A stretch of 64,000 nucleotides of DNA, taken from positions 83,700,001 through 83,764,000 of the forward strand of contig OX597825.1 of the NCBI GenBank assembly GCA_951406725.2. Direction: 5' to 3'. Positions 1 through 12,620 of this stretch are shown piece by piece (the stretch's first letter is position 1; every line of letters starts with the position of its first letter). Below the pieces are notes generated by a model. It did not search any database and had not been told where the DNA came from. It was given only the letters and a program-made list of their open reading frames with translations. Source of the stretch: Octopus vulgaris. Its lineage: Eukaryota. The position numbers were made by a program, and so were the translations under genes.

Positions 1-196
1 TACATTTATGCTTACATTGCACTATACTTCTCAATATCTTGCTTCTATGATGACACAGGGAATATGAAGGGAATTTGGCTGCCATTTTGAACAGGTAACA
101 TCACCGCGTAAATTTCCTCTCATTGGCTCAACTGTACCGATGCCGGTTTTACTGTTGATTTTTGTTGTTTTTATCCGGCTGCTGTTGTTTTTGGCT

Positions 197-315
197 TTCT
201 TCTTTTTCTTCTTCTTCTTCTTCTTTTTCTTCTTCTTCTTCTTCTTCTTCTTCTTCTTCTTCTTCTTCTTCTTCTTCTTCTTCTTCTTCTTCTTCTTCTT
301 CTTCTACTACTAATT

Positions 316-387
<72 letters not shown>

Positions 388-393
388 ATACTA
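197..393. repeat. Compound microsatellite (TCT)n followed by (CTA)n
   Basis: Directly visible; explains the poly-S/poly-T ORF 162..419. Confidence 0.97.
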
Positions 394-519
394 ATTCTTC
401 TTGTTTAGCTTCAGTTTAAATCTGATGAAGCAGAGCAGATGCATGGCCAAAAGCCATTTGATCTTTTTCCTTACTGAAGATTATATTTTCTACAAGCCGC
501 TGTTTCATTTATAACGATA

Positions 520-590
520 TGGTGTAATTTGAAGCAGAATTAGCTGCTATTTCAGGTAGATCGATACCGTGTCGAGGCTTCCTTCCTATT
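520..590 (+). repeat. Old dispersed repeat fragment (GGTGTAATTTGA..G.ATT.GCTGCTATTTC motif)
   Basis: Diverged related stretches at ~55-130, 13535-13605 (-), 19021-19095, 46136-46175, 59418-59515 and 62570-62640 (-). Class unknown. Confidence 0.45.
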
Positions 591-728
591 GAAGTATTGA
601 CAATAGTCGAAAAGCGAATAAATTTTATCGTCCCAGAATAACCATTCATCGACACATTAACGAAGTTAGATGAAGTTGCTGGCCAGCAGAGTCGTCAACC
701 AGTTCACAAAACGAAAACAAAATAACAA

Positions 729-973
729 CTAAAAAAGAAAATTAATATACTCTCTGAAGCGATTCCTGTATTTTAATACCATACAGGATAAAGAAATTAT
801 GCAATTAAAATTCATTAAAATACTTTGATCCGAAGCTGAACAATTGCACATTCCAATAAAAGGTCGTCTGTTAATAATAATGGGAAAGAAATCGCTGCGA
901 TAACGTTGGAGATACGAAGACTGATGGCTTGGCGATGTTGGCTTTGCCGGGGACGTTGTCGGTAGATGTTCAT
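729..973 (-). CDS. Candidate terminal coding exon of an unidentified minus-strand gene
   Basis: Acceptor ttttctgtttctaaatcAG at 975-974, then a phase-1 open frame EHLPTTSPAKPTSPSHQSSYLQRYRSDFFPIIINRRPFIGMCNCSASDQSILMNFNCIISLSCMVLKYRNRFREYINFLF ending at TAG (731-729). Non-repetitive; no homology recognised. Confidence 0.3.
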
Positions 974-1900
974 CTGATTTAGAAACAGAAAATTAAACGT
1001 ATTTCATCATGCCAGTATCAATTAATTTCAAGAGAACATCACTATGGGTCATTTAGGTGATAAATACATCTATAGTAATTATTGATAATTATTGTTGAAA
1101 CCAGTTATATCTGAATAATTTTGTTTCGATCGAACTTTAATTGTATTCCGTTACTGAATTATACTTGTTTAGTTAAACATATACCTTTTTTTTATCTCTT
1201 ACACACACCTACACAAACACACAACACACAGACATCTATGGGCATTTATTCTTCAGTGAATTATTTAATTGCAAAATTTACTTTGTTAATGGCAAATGTC
1301 AAATGTTAATTTTACCATAGATGATAATTAAAGCTGTAATTAACAATTAGCGGGACATTTGAGCAATTGTAACAGAGAAATCGACAAAATCTTGTTTTAT
1401 CGTAATGACTCTGCTGTTTAGAATTGCAGTGGTTTAGAGGATAGGGTTTCATTTGTGTAGCAACCGGCAATTTATTGACGCTGCTTTCATGTCCATGGCA
1501 CTTCGTATTGAACAACACAGGCGTCCATAGAAGCTGTAAGCAATAACAATCTATAATTACCAAACTCTGCATTAACTTTGAAGGAAGTGAGTTCGAGGTT
1601 TACATGGTTACCAACCCATGATAAAAATGCTGAGTGCATTCTGTTTTATTGGAGTCTAGTTTAATTTACTAAAGTAGATCAGGAAAAATAAAAATGAATA
1701 TTGATGGAGCTTGAGGATAGTGTTCGAACCATTGCCATCCGATTTTGCTCATTGTTTCTTTAATCGCTAGTTTCTATGACACTTTCAGTCATTTTGTGAA
1801 TGGAGAAAAAAAAACATTATCTTAGAACAGAAACCTCATCGAAATATGCTGTTGTCTTAATGGTCTTGTGGGTAAAGACATGGACACAGCAACACACGAA

Positions 1901-2125
1901 AGGCGGCAAGCTGGCAGAAACGTTAGCACGCCGGGCATAATGCTCAGCGGTATTTCGTCTGCCGCTACGTTCTGAGTTTAAATTCCACCGAGGCTTACTT
2001 TGCCTTTCATCCTTTCGGGGTCGATAAATTAAGTACCAGTTACGCACTGGGGTTGATGTAATCGACTTAATCCCTTTGTCTGTCCTTGTTTGTCCCCTCT
2101 ATGTTTATCCCCTTGTGGGAAAAAA
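1901..2125 (+). mobile_element. tRNA-derived SINE family A
   Basis: Head GGCGGC(G/A)AGCTGGCAGAAACGTTAGC (A-box-like), GAGTT(C/T)AAATTCC (B-box-like), body GCCTTTCATCCTTTCGGGGTCGATAAATTAAGTACCAG; several near-identical copies in the window. Confidence 0.9.
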
Positions 2126-2969
2126 TGAAATATATAATAGACTTTCACACACTTTCCACCCACCAAATGAAAAGCCATGAATCTTCCTAAATCTTTGGTT
2201 GACGCAAAACTATAGCAGAAGACAGTGTACCCCCAGTCCGATGGAATTGAACACGAAGCCACGTAGTAGCGAAGTGAGGAACTTTAACTACATAGACATC
2301 CATTACTTATTATGATATTCCTCGTTAACTTCCTGATCAAATGGAATTCTTCCATATTTTTCTTTTTGTTTTTACTACAATTGAAGTCGTTTAAACCTTC
2401 ACACTAAATACCGAACCGGTTTGTTTGCTGTGAAATTAATTCGACATTCACTAATTTACTGACGATTATAATCTTCATTTGGAATAAATGATTATCACAG
2501 TTTATAAATAAAGAAAGAAAGAAAGAAATCGGTCCATAAATATAAAAACAAACAATTTACTTTTTAGGAATATATTTTTTCAATCTTTTAAAATTCCTAT
2601 TCAGACAATGTTACCGCATTGACTGAAAATAAGTTATGCTTTGTTTTCTAACTCCCAACGCTAAATAAACAGTCAAAACGTTTTATATGCTCAAAGAAAT
2701 TATGATAAGTTTAAAGTCTATTCATTATTTTGCCATCGGGAACAATATCAGAGAAATCAATGTTCTTTTGTCGTGTATGGCAGCTAAAATACGATGTTTA
2801 GTTTGCCATGAATTTTTGTTTCAGCAAGCTGGACACAGAAGCTATAAAACCAGTTGAAATGAAAAGAGGGATGATATATGAGAAAGAAGAAAAAACAAAT
2901 CTACATTTGTTCACAAAAAAATGTTTTTCTCCTAATTATATTTGATAATAATAGTAACACACACACGTA

Positions 2970-3032
2970 TATATATATATACTATGTATGTGCGTATGTA
3001 AATGTGTATATGTATATATATATATATATACA

Positions 3033-3094
<62 letters not shown>

Positions 3095-3171
3095 TATAGC
3101 GAGAATTTACAAAAAAATACGAAGACGGGTGTGTAAACAACAAACAGATGTAATAGTTTAACGCTTTGGAA

Positions 3172-3245
<74 letters not shown>

Positions 3246-3256
3246 CATAAGATATT

Positions 3257-3294
<38 letters not shown>

Positions 3295-3310
3295 GAGACA
3301 GATAGATAGA
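2970..3310. repeat. (TA)n/(GATA)n microsatellite cluster enclosing a short fragment (3100-3172, -) of the repeat also at 13935-14120 and 61375-61560
   Basis: Directly visible; GTGTAAACAACAAACAGATGT motif shared with the other two copies. Confidence 0.85.
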
Positions 3311-4177
3311 TTAACAAATATAATGATTAAAGCGGTGTATAAAAATATGTATGTAATAGTAAGAGAATTTTATATATTGTTATTTTTATTTTTTTTTGAA
3401 AAATGCATATTTACATTACAAAAGAGAGAAAATGGCGTTGTTATATTTACAAAACTCATTAAAAAAAATACACACAAAACGGAAGTAGGGTGTAAATGCT
3501 AATTATATATTATGTAGAATATTTAAGTGTTGATTGACAAAAACAATTTCTGTTTAAGAAGTGAATGCTAAATAAATAAGCTCAGAGACTGAAGTCATTT
3601 TATGCTCTATTCAACCCTAATTCGGTTTAAGATATTTAACGAGCCACATATATTTTTACTGCCGGAATAATTAATACTGATTTAGTAGTTTATCAATATT
3701 TGAAGTTTTGGTTGTATTTTATAATTTTGAAATGGAGAAGACGTTGAATTTCTAAAAAGATAGGATCGATATTTGCTTATAAAACTAACGATATGAATTC
3801 TTCGCCATTCACGATGTTGCTATATTGATCTTTGCTGACACTAGACGGTCAAAGAGTGATTTACAATTTTGTTTGGCAACACTTAAAAACTATATGTTAT
3901 TAATTATTTCATTATACAGTAGTTGTGGAGAGGAAGGATTAAAAAAGATCACAGGCGGAACCAGTCGTACAAAGATTAGTAATAAAAAAGAGGCGAATTC
4001 GGAGAATCGCGAGAGGATTGAATAGAAGTCAATGCTTTCAGTCCAAGCTGTCCACCTTCTCTAATTAAATGCCATCGGGATCAGCTTTACGTTTCATTCT
4101 TTGCAATTAAACAAATTAACTATCAGTCAAGTGGTGGAGTGGAGATAGGCAATACTTATACCATCCTCTTTTTCTCT

Positions 4178-4368
4178 CCCTCTCTCTCTCTCTCTCTTTC
4201 GATTTCTCTCTTTTTCTCTTTCTATCTATCTCCCTCTATCACCTCTATCGCTCTCTCTCTATCTATTTCTCTCTTTCTCACTCTAATTATCATTTTGATA
4301 TATATATATATATATATATAGATAGATAGATAGATAGATATATATATAGACATATACATATACATAGC

Positions 4369-4435
<67 letters not shown>

Positions 4436-4444
4436 GTAGGTAGG

Positions 4445-4495
<51 letters not shown>

Positions 4496-4503
4496 GTATA
4501 TAT

Positions 4504-4574
<71 letters not shown>

Positions 4575-4575
4575 T
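4178..4575. repeat. Compound (TC)n/(TA)n/(GATA)n microsatellite
   Basis: Directly visible. Confidence 0.95.
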
Positions 4576-5324
4576 ATGTGTGAGTGTATTATATATACGT
4601 ATATGTGTGTGCAATTGTATATGTATGTGTGTGCAGTCTTTTTTTGAGTTCTTTATTCCATGTTTCCAGAAATAACTTTCTGAGCTTGTAATATCATGTC
4701 ATATAAATGTATGTGTATATGTGTGTATGTATGTGTGTGTGTGTGTGTGTGTATTTCTATATGTGTATACATGAAAATTTATAGTTATATGTATGTGTGT
4801 GTGTGTTCGTGTTGTCGTATACAAGTGTGTGTGTATTCTACGTGTAGTCTAATTGGCCAGCCTTGTTATATTGTGTCACACCGATTCTGCATAACAATTA
4901 CTTTGAAGTTGCAATTGTGTCTCAGTTGCTTAAGCATTAATTCCCTAAATAAAAATTCAGTAACTCTAACATGTGAAGGCCGATCGCCGACACCGACGAA
5001 GGATCGTATTGTTTATTTAAAGTAACCCTTTACGTCTGACTTTAAAATGCTGCTGGTCTCAACTTTCCCTCTCTATCTTCCTTGTATGGTCGATAAAATA
5101 ACTACCAATCAGTTACTTAGATCGATATAGTCGTCTACTTCTCTCTGCCCACCCCAACACCTCGCCGTCAACCACTACCATCTCCACCATCATTTCAACT
5201 GTAACCAACATGCCTACTCTATACCCATCAAACCCCACCACCACTATTACAAATTGTGCTACTGTGCCCAACTTAGCTTCATATTATGCACAGAATAAAA
5301 TTATTATTAATCCAATATTTCGAT

Positions 5325-5367
<43 letters not shown>

Positions 5368-6878
5368 TCATGGACAGTCTAAATTATATAATTTATATTT
5401 AAGGCTTCAACTTTATATCTCTATTTTATCGAATTATACATAATCGTTTTCCCGACTCAGTGTAGCTTTTATATAATCTCCGTGCTGTTATGTAACCCAT
5501 AGATCAATCCACATTGTACATACTCATCATCAGTAGATTTCCAGCTGTTTTGACCATCCCGTCTCTTTCTTCTAGGACCACATATTCTCGACTCATGCCT
5601 CATTAAAGGTAGTTGTTCGTTGAAGAGATGTGTTTCTTATTTCTAGGGGATGTAGCAATTAGATATAGATTTCCTTAACAGTAGCTAATAAAAATTGTTG
5701 GGTAACGAAAGGATAAGTATAGCTGGTATTTGATATTTAAGAGTTCAGAGTATTTTACACTTAAACTGGCGATAATCACTTGGTACAAACAAATTGTTGT
5801 GCAGGAAATATTAGAGAAGTGACGGGAATAAATAAACACTGGCGTTGAGGTTTAGGACGTGAGAGATAGAATGGTAAAAATAAAGGATGTAATTTATTTG
5901 TGGGAATGGTGAAGGAGAGTGAGTGAAGGTAAAAATGAATAAGATCAATTTAATGAATACAAAGTAATGTGAAATAAAACTTAAATAAGACAAAAATCTT
6001 TGTGAATTACAGAAACAATACAGAAACAGATGGTATCATATTTTACGGATATTACAATATATATTAAGGTGTCAATAATTAATAAGTACTAAAGTAATTG
6101 ACGGTGCTGAGTTAAAGTATCTTCAAGTGTATCTCTCCTGCACACTGGGCATGAAATTTGATATGTTATATCATATATATTACATGTGTTCGGATCTGTT
6201 ATTTAAACCCAAAGATGGTAAGGATATGCCACTCACAATGCAGTACTTGTTATTCATTGGTGCATGTGAGATTTGAACTCAGAACCTAAATGCGCGGAAG
6301 AAAATACCACAAGCATTTAAGCTATGGCTCTACAGTTAAATCCACTCATTTGTCGCACGTAAATAAATATTGATTTGTCTTCATGTCAAATCAATAAAAG
6401 TCGTTTGATCTTACCGAATTCTCTTCATTGTGATAAGTGGAAAATTAATGTTAGTCTTAACTATAAACACCAGACTCAATCTAATCAGCATTGACTATAC
6501 GGCCCCAAAATTCCAATCAACTGATTTTGTTGGGGTTATCTCTCTTGATTAAAATCTTTCAGACCCTAAATATCTTCCTGAAAAGAGAACGCGTTCGTCT
6601 ACTAACTGCTACGATAATTTTAGTTGTTCAAAATATTTACACTGGATATAGGATTCCGCATTGCATAAAATATTTGTAGATAAATTATATCGAAAGATAA
6701 ATATAGGCACAGCCATGGCTGGAGCGCCTGTCATCATTTGGATGTTTGATCAGGATTTACATGGCGCTTTCGACTCATATCAATTTATTTGAAGGCATTC
6801 AATTATATGTATATTGTATATATATTCCTGTATGTATGTATGTATGTATGTATATATGCATGTATGTATGTATGTATG

Positions 6879-6935
<57 letters not shown>

Positions 6936-7362
6936 TTGCAACATAATGCAAAACGATTTATGAATGTAGGTACGTATGTACGTACGTATATATGCATATA
7001 TACATACTCGTACTTACAAACATACACATGGCTACGTGCACACACACCCACATATACATACATATATACATATATACATATATATATATATGCATACATA
7101 TATGTGTATATGTATATAAGTATATATAGAGAGGAAGAGAGTGACAAAGAAAGAGGGAAAATCACACACGGAGAATCCGATAGACAGAAGCCAATTGACA
7201 ATTTGGTCTCATCATTATTCGTAGAATTTTATAACTGTCTGGTAATAATTGAAATATTTATAGAAATATTACAACTTGGACCAAAACAGCAATTACATCT
7301 CCAGAATTAATGATACATACACTAACACAAACAACAACAACACCAAATATTCAGTAGAGCAA

Positions 7363-7372
7363 TGATAATAAA

Positions 7373-7444
<72 letters not shown>

Positions 7445-7590
7445 CGTTATTATTATGGGTACTAAAGATAAAAGCATAAAAATAATATTATTATAATTAT
7501 TATTATTTTCGCTATTATTATTGTTTTTATTATCGGTGTGATAATTATTATTATTATTATTATTATTGCTGCTGTTGTTGTTGTTGTTAA
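7363..7590. repeat. (AAT)n followed by opposite-orientation (ATT)n/(GTT)n
   Basis: Directly visible. Confidence 0.9.
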
Positions 7591-7849
7591 TATTACTGGC
7601 CGCTTTCTATGACAATAGTGAGCTATGATTTCCCATATTGGAAAAAAAAAGGCAAACCTCAAAACAAATAAAAAATGATAGTTGAAACGTATCTCCTTTT
7701 GAGAAGAATTCTAACTCACGCTCAATTAATTCTCATCATGTTTTGATTTCCCGACCCGCCATGGCCACCACTCCTGCCACCGTTTTTACTTATGTTTTCA
7801 CATTAGAGATACGTTATTGTAAAACTAAAAGGATATGAACATTATCATG

Positions 7850-7892
<43 letters not shown>

Positions 7893-7939
7893 CATGTACG
7901 TATATATATTTATATAAATATGTTTGTATGGATATATAT

Positions 7940-7973
<34 letters not shown>

Positions 7974-8232
7974 GGGGAGGGTGATAGAGACAGAGAGCGT
8001 CTCAGAAGATTTAGTAATATGGTAACAGGCAGTAATCTTGTTATAATTCACGTTAAATGCTGCAGAAAATAAAGTTATGAATAATAAACAGCTGTCGACC
8101 GTTTTATATATTATTATTTACAGCGTATTCTCAATCACAGACAGCCGTCTACATATAACACACACAAACGCACATATATCTCTCTCTATATCTATATATC
8201 TATATCTATATCTATATCTATCTATCTATCTA

Positions 8233-8271
<39 letters not shown>

Positions 8272-8393
8272 TATTTTATATTATATTATATATATATATA
8301 TATATATTTATATATGTATGTATATATATTTATACACATACATATATATACACTGGTTGAATTCACGTAAACTTCTCATATATATACGTGTAC

Positions 8394-8441
<48 letters not shown>

Positions 8442-8818
8442 CATATATATATATATATATTACATATATTCTGGTTGTGACCATGAGTAAACGTTTCATA
8501 TGTTCGCGTGTGCTGTTTTTTTTTATAATTACTTTATATATTTTGATTTTTCTCCACGGTTCTTGATGGAAAACGTGTGATGAAACGTATAATGCTCTAG
8601 TTTGTGAGCTTTGCTTGGTTATTAAAGATTCGCGCGTTGGACGTGGTTAGTTAACTTGTTTGTTAATTAATTTGTCGATGTTCTCTTTTGTCACACATCT
8701 GCAACCTTTTCAATGATTTCACCGTCACTTCGTATTTGCTGTCTACAGCAAATGGGTATGTGTTTCTATGTGTCTGTATGTGCGTGCGTGTATGTATGAG
8801 TATACATATGTGTGTGTG

Positions 8819-9047
8819 AGGCGGCGAGCTGGCAGAAACGTTAGCACGCCGGGCGAAATGCTTAGCCGTATTTCGTCTGTCGTTACGTTCCGAGTTCAAA
8901 TTCCGCCGAGGTCGACTTTGCATTTTACCCTTTCGGGGTCGATTAATTATGTACCAGTTACGCACTGGCGTCGATATAATCGACTTAATCCGTTTGTCTG
9001 TCCTTGTTCGTCCCCTCTGTGTTTAGCCCCTTGTGGGTAGTAAAGAA
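8819..9047 (+). mobile_element. SINE family A
   Basis: Near-identical to 1901-2125; ends GTGGGTAGTAAAGAAA. Confidence 0.92.
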
Positions 9048-9628
9048 AAATGTATACATATAAGTGTGTGTATGTATATATACATATATTGAGGTTATAT
9101 TAATAGTGATGAAGGTGATATGGTTACGAGGAAGATTAACGGTGAGTACGCTTATGATGATGATGGTGGTGGTGGTGGTGAGGAGGAGGAGAAGGAGGAG
9201 GATGGTGAAGACGACGTTGATGTGGGTGATGATGACGGATTTTATGATAGTGTACGCTTGTGTATGAGTGCTTGTGTGCATATATATATATGTATATATA
9301 TATATGTTTGTGTGTATATGTAAATATATAAATATATATATGCATACATACATGCATTGGTTTGCCCCTGTTTGTATGGGTTGTGATAATGTGTCTATTA
9401 TTATGTTCTTGCTTTGTGTATTTAGTTGCAGTAAGCCTGCATCTGTCTCTTTGTCATGTAGCGGGAGACTTCTTCTGTACGTTTGCCTGTGTATATATGA
9501 GCGCGTGTTTGTGTGTCTCTGTATGTGATAGGATGTGTGTGTGTGCCCGCGCGCACGTGCCGTTTTTGTGAATTTCATAGAATTTACCTCGTGGTTTCCA
9601 TTCATAAGTCGTTATGATTATGCAGACA

Positions 9629-9845
9629 AGGCGGCGAGCTGGCAGAATCGTTAGCACGTCGGGCGAAATGCTCATCAGTATTTCATCTGTCGCTATGTTC
9701 TGAGTTCAAATTGCTTTTAATCCTTTCGGGGTCGATTAAATAAGTACCAGTTACGCACTGGGGTCGATATGATCGACTTAATCCGTTTGTCCGTCCTTGT
9801 TTGTCCTCTCTTTGTTTAGCCCCTTGTGGGTAGAAAAGAAATAGG
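9629..9845 (+). mobile_element. SINE family A with 16-bp target-site duplication
   Basis: TATGATTATGCAGACA at 9613-9628 and 9846-9861. Confidence 0.95.
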
Positions 9846-10240
9846 TATGATTATGCAGACACTATCTGTCATTGCGTTGTATTTATTATGTCTTATTTCT
9901 ATGACGCAGGCTCCATATGACCGAATGTTTTACAAATTCTCATTGCCCTCACGATTTCACAAGTTCGATCCAACTGCATTGTATCTTTCGAGAGTGCCAT
10001 TTTCTAAAATATTGACTCGAAACCTGCATGGTAGAAGAAACCTATAAGGAAGCCGGTCAGGTTGATTGTTCTCGTAATTCGAAGCGTAAACCCTTGGCAT
10101 TGAATGTCAAACTGATTGATGCTGAGAAGTGCGTAAACGCCACAACTGGCTCTTTTACTCAGGAGAAGGGAATTCATTTGATCGTATAAAATATTCTTCA
10201 TCGGCGAACGATGGACATTTAATCCTGAACATTTAACATA

Positions 10241-10403
10241 GCGTAGGAGTGGCTGTGTGGTAAGTAGCTTGCTTACGAACCACATGGTTCCGGGTTCAGT
10301 CCCACTGCGTGGCATGTTGTGCAAGTGTCTTCTACTATAGCCTCGGGCCGACCAAAGCCTTGTGAGTGGATTTGGTAGACGGAAACTGAAAGAAGCCCGT
10401 CGA

Positions 10404-10465
<62 letters not shown>

Positions 10466-10637
10466 GTGTGTATATGTTTGTCTGTGTTAACAACCGATGC
10501 TGGTGTGTTTACGTCCTCGAAACTTAGCGGTTGGGCGAAAGAGGCGGATAGAATAAGTACTAGGCTTCCAAAGATTAAGTCCTGCGTACCAGCATGGCAA
10601 CAGTCAAATAACTGAAACAAGTAAAAGGGTAAAAGAG
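10241..10637 (+). mobile_element. tRNA-derived SINE family B with internal (TA)n/(TG)n tract
   Basis: Head GGAGTGGCTGTGTGGTAAG...GGTTCAGTCCC, internal microsatellite, 3' part ending in GTAAAAG(A/G)GTAAAAGAG repeats; small internal deletions. Confidence 0.9.
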
Positions 10638-10971
10638 TATATCTAAAGCGCTGGATTAGCAGAATCCTTAAGCAACAGATTCTCTGAGATTTTCTTAAGC
10701 TTTTCATTTTGAAATGAGAATTTGCTGAGGCTAACATTGCCTTTCATACTTCTAGGAGCGATAAAATAAAATTTCAGAACATGTACTGTCTGAACATTGC
10801 TGGCCTTGTGCTCAAATTAGAAATCATATTCCAGTGTGTACATAAATACATAATCTTGCTGGCGATGTTAATCTGTTAATCTGATTATCGATTTCCTTCA
10901 TCTTAACGTTGTGTATTTAATTAGTTATTCGTCATCTTTTTCAACTTCTCTCTCCCCTCTGTACCCTTCTC

Positions 10972-11017
<46 letters not shown>

Positions 11018-11138
11018 TATATATAGACGTTCGTGTTTGTACGTGTGGGCGCGTATGTGTATGTATATATGTATATGTATGTATATATATGCATGTATAT
11101 GTATGTTTATGTATGTATAGACACACACACGCACACAC

Positions 11139-11176
<38 letters not shown>

Positions 11177-11324
11177 ATAAGTGAATCCAAAGAAGAACAA
11201 GCAAGAAGAACCAACAACGCGAGGACGTGGTACAAGTCCTGAGTTATTGGACGCCCAGGAAAGGAAAGAAAATGAAGAGGATTCCACGTTTCGAGCGGAG
11301 CTATTCGTGAGAAATATAGAAAAA

Positions 11325-11696
11325 CTAGCAGTATCGCCCGGCGTTGCTCGGGTTTGTAAGGGAAATAACTATAAAGCAGTTTTAGAGAGTTATAGCCAAA
11401 AAATAGAAAAAAAATGATGGTAAATTTGTTTTTTAGTTAAAAAGGTCGAGTTGCGTCCCCTACACAGTCTGTGGTTTGTGTTTCTGATTCTCGACCCCAT
11501 GTCGAATTTATCGATTTTTTTCAGAACTGGGGGAACTTTTCAAAATTTTCGCTGCGTTAGTTTTGAATTATGACATTGGGCTATGTGTGTGTCAAGTTTC
11601 ATCAGAATCGGTTGAAAGCCGTGGTCAGGGTGAGGGTACAACCTAACAGACACACAGAAACACACACAGACAAACTGCCGTTTATATATAGAGAGA
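11325..11696 (-). mobile_element. Non-autonomous Helitron
   Basis: Minus strand starts A|TCTCTCTATATATAAA and ends in hairpin CCCG-AGCAACGC-CGGG then CGATACTGCTAG|T. 5' TC, 3' CTAG, subterminal hairpin, A-T target and no TSD are canonical Helitron hallmarks. Confidence 0.88.
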
Positions 11697-12001
11697 TGTC
11701 CAAAGAAGGGAAAACGGAGAAAGAAAATCGCCAACGATACACACGCGGTCATGTATATATACGTATATAGAATTCTTACAAATGAGATGTAGAAATGGTC
11801 TGGAGAGTACAGAGCAGGAGCATAGTATGCCGACCCAGAAGCGCAGCACTGCATAAATTTTAGCCTCGCCTTTATCAGAATGCACCCTTCGGCCTTTAGT
11901 TGCACAGAATTTAGTTTTGTAACTACAGATCTACAAACTTAAGTTCTATATGATTCGTTGTTAATGTCTTATTTGGATGACAGGACAACAACAACCGCGA
12001 G

Positions 12002-12190
12002 TGGAGGTGCAATGGCCCAGTAGTTAGGGCAGCGGACTCGCGGTCGTAAGAACGCGATTTCGATTCTCTGACCGAGAAATCTGAGTGTTTATTGAGCAAA
12101 AACATCTAAGCTACATGAGTCTCCGGCGAGGGATGGTGGTGAACCCCGCTGTACTCTTTCACCACAACTTTCTCTCACTCTTTCTTCCTA
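12002..12190 (+). mobile_element. tRNA-derived SINE family C (3'-truncated)
   Basis: Head GGTGCAATGGCCCAGTAGTTAGGGCAGCGGACTCG...TTCGATTC; matches the minus-strand copy at 56505-56735. Confidence 0.8.
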
Positions 12191-12479
12191 CTTCTTCCAC
12201 AAAGCAGAGGAACCATGGTGTAACCCACTATTGTGTGGTAAACCCATGTCTAGATTGCGAATCCTCTGTACCCCAGGATGGTTCAGCTCTCCTCCCGTTA
12301 AAAATCACCTTTTACGGAATGAGGATAACAACGTTGCTTTCGCGCCCGTGCAACCGCCAGTCTATCGCGTGTGGTGGGTGGATCTTCAAGTTGCCACACG
12401 CATTCTTAGTAGTTTAGAGTAGGCTTGAATTAGAGATTATTCCTTGTGGCTAATGGCGTGATTCCTGATTGGAAGATGC

Positions 12480-12620
12480 AGAAGAAGAAGAAGAAGAAGA
12501 AGAAGAAGAAGAAGAAGAAGAAGAAGAAGAAGAAGAAGAAGAAGAAGAAGAAGAAGAAGAAGAAGAAGAAGAAGAAGAAGAAGAAGAAGAAGAAGAAGAA
12601 GAAGAAGAAGAAGAAGAAGA
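12480..12620. repeat. Pure (GAA)n tract, ~47 units
   Basis: Directly visible; source of the poly-K/poly-F/poly-L ORFs. Confidence 0.98.

Noticed and set aside
422-430. Isolated CTGATGAAG (also at ~60293)
   Set aside because: No stem II or downstream GAAA; not a hammerhead.
1316-1533. Minus-strand open frame bounded by a ttacAG acceptor and GTAAAA donor (ORF 1312..1572)
   Set aside because: No recognisable motif; it ends in phase 2, so splicing to 973 creates TGA at the junction; the donor is weak.
1901-1990. tRNA-like heads of SINE families A-D as tRNA genes
   Set aside because: No complete cloverleaf or terminator; they continue into repeat bodies.
10273-10737. Recurrent peptide DGLLSVSVYQIHSQGFGRPEAIVEDTC (also at 16013 and 33679)
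   Set aside because: Antisense translation of SINE B, not a protein family.
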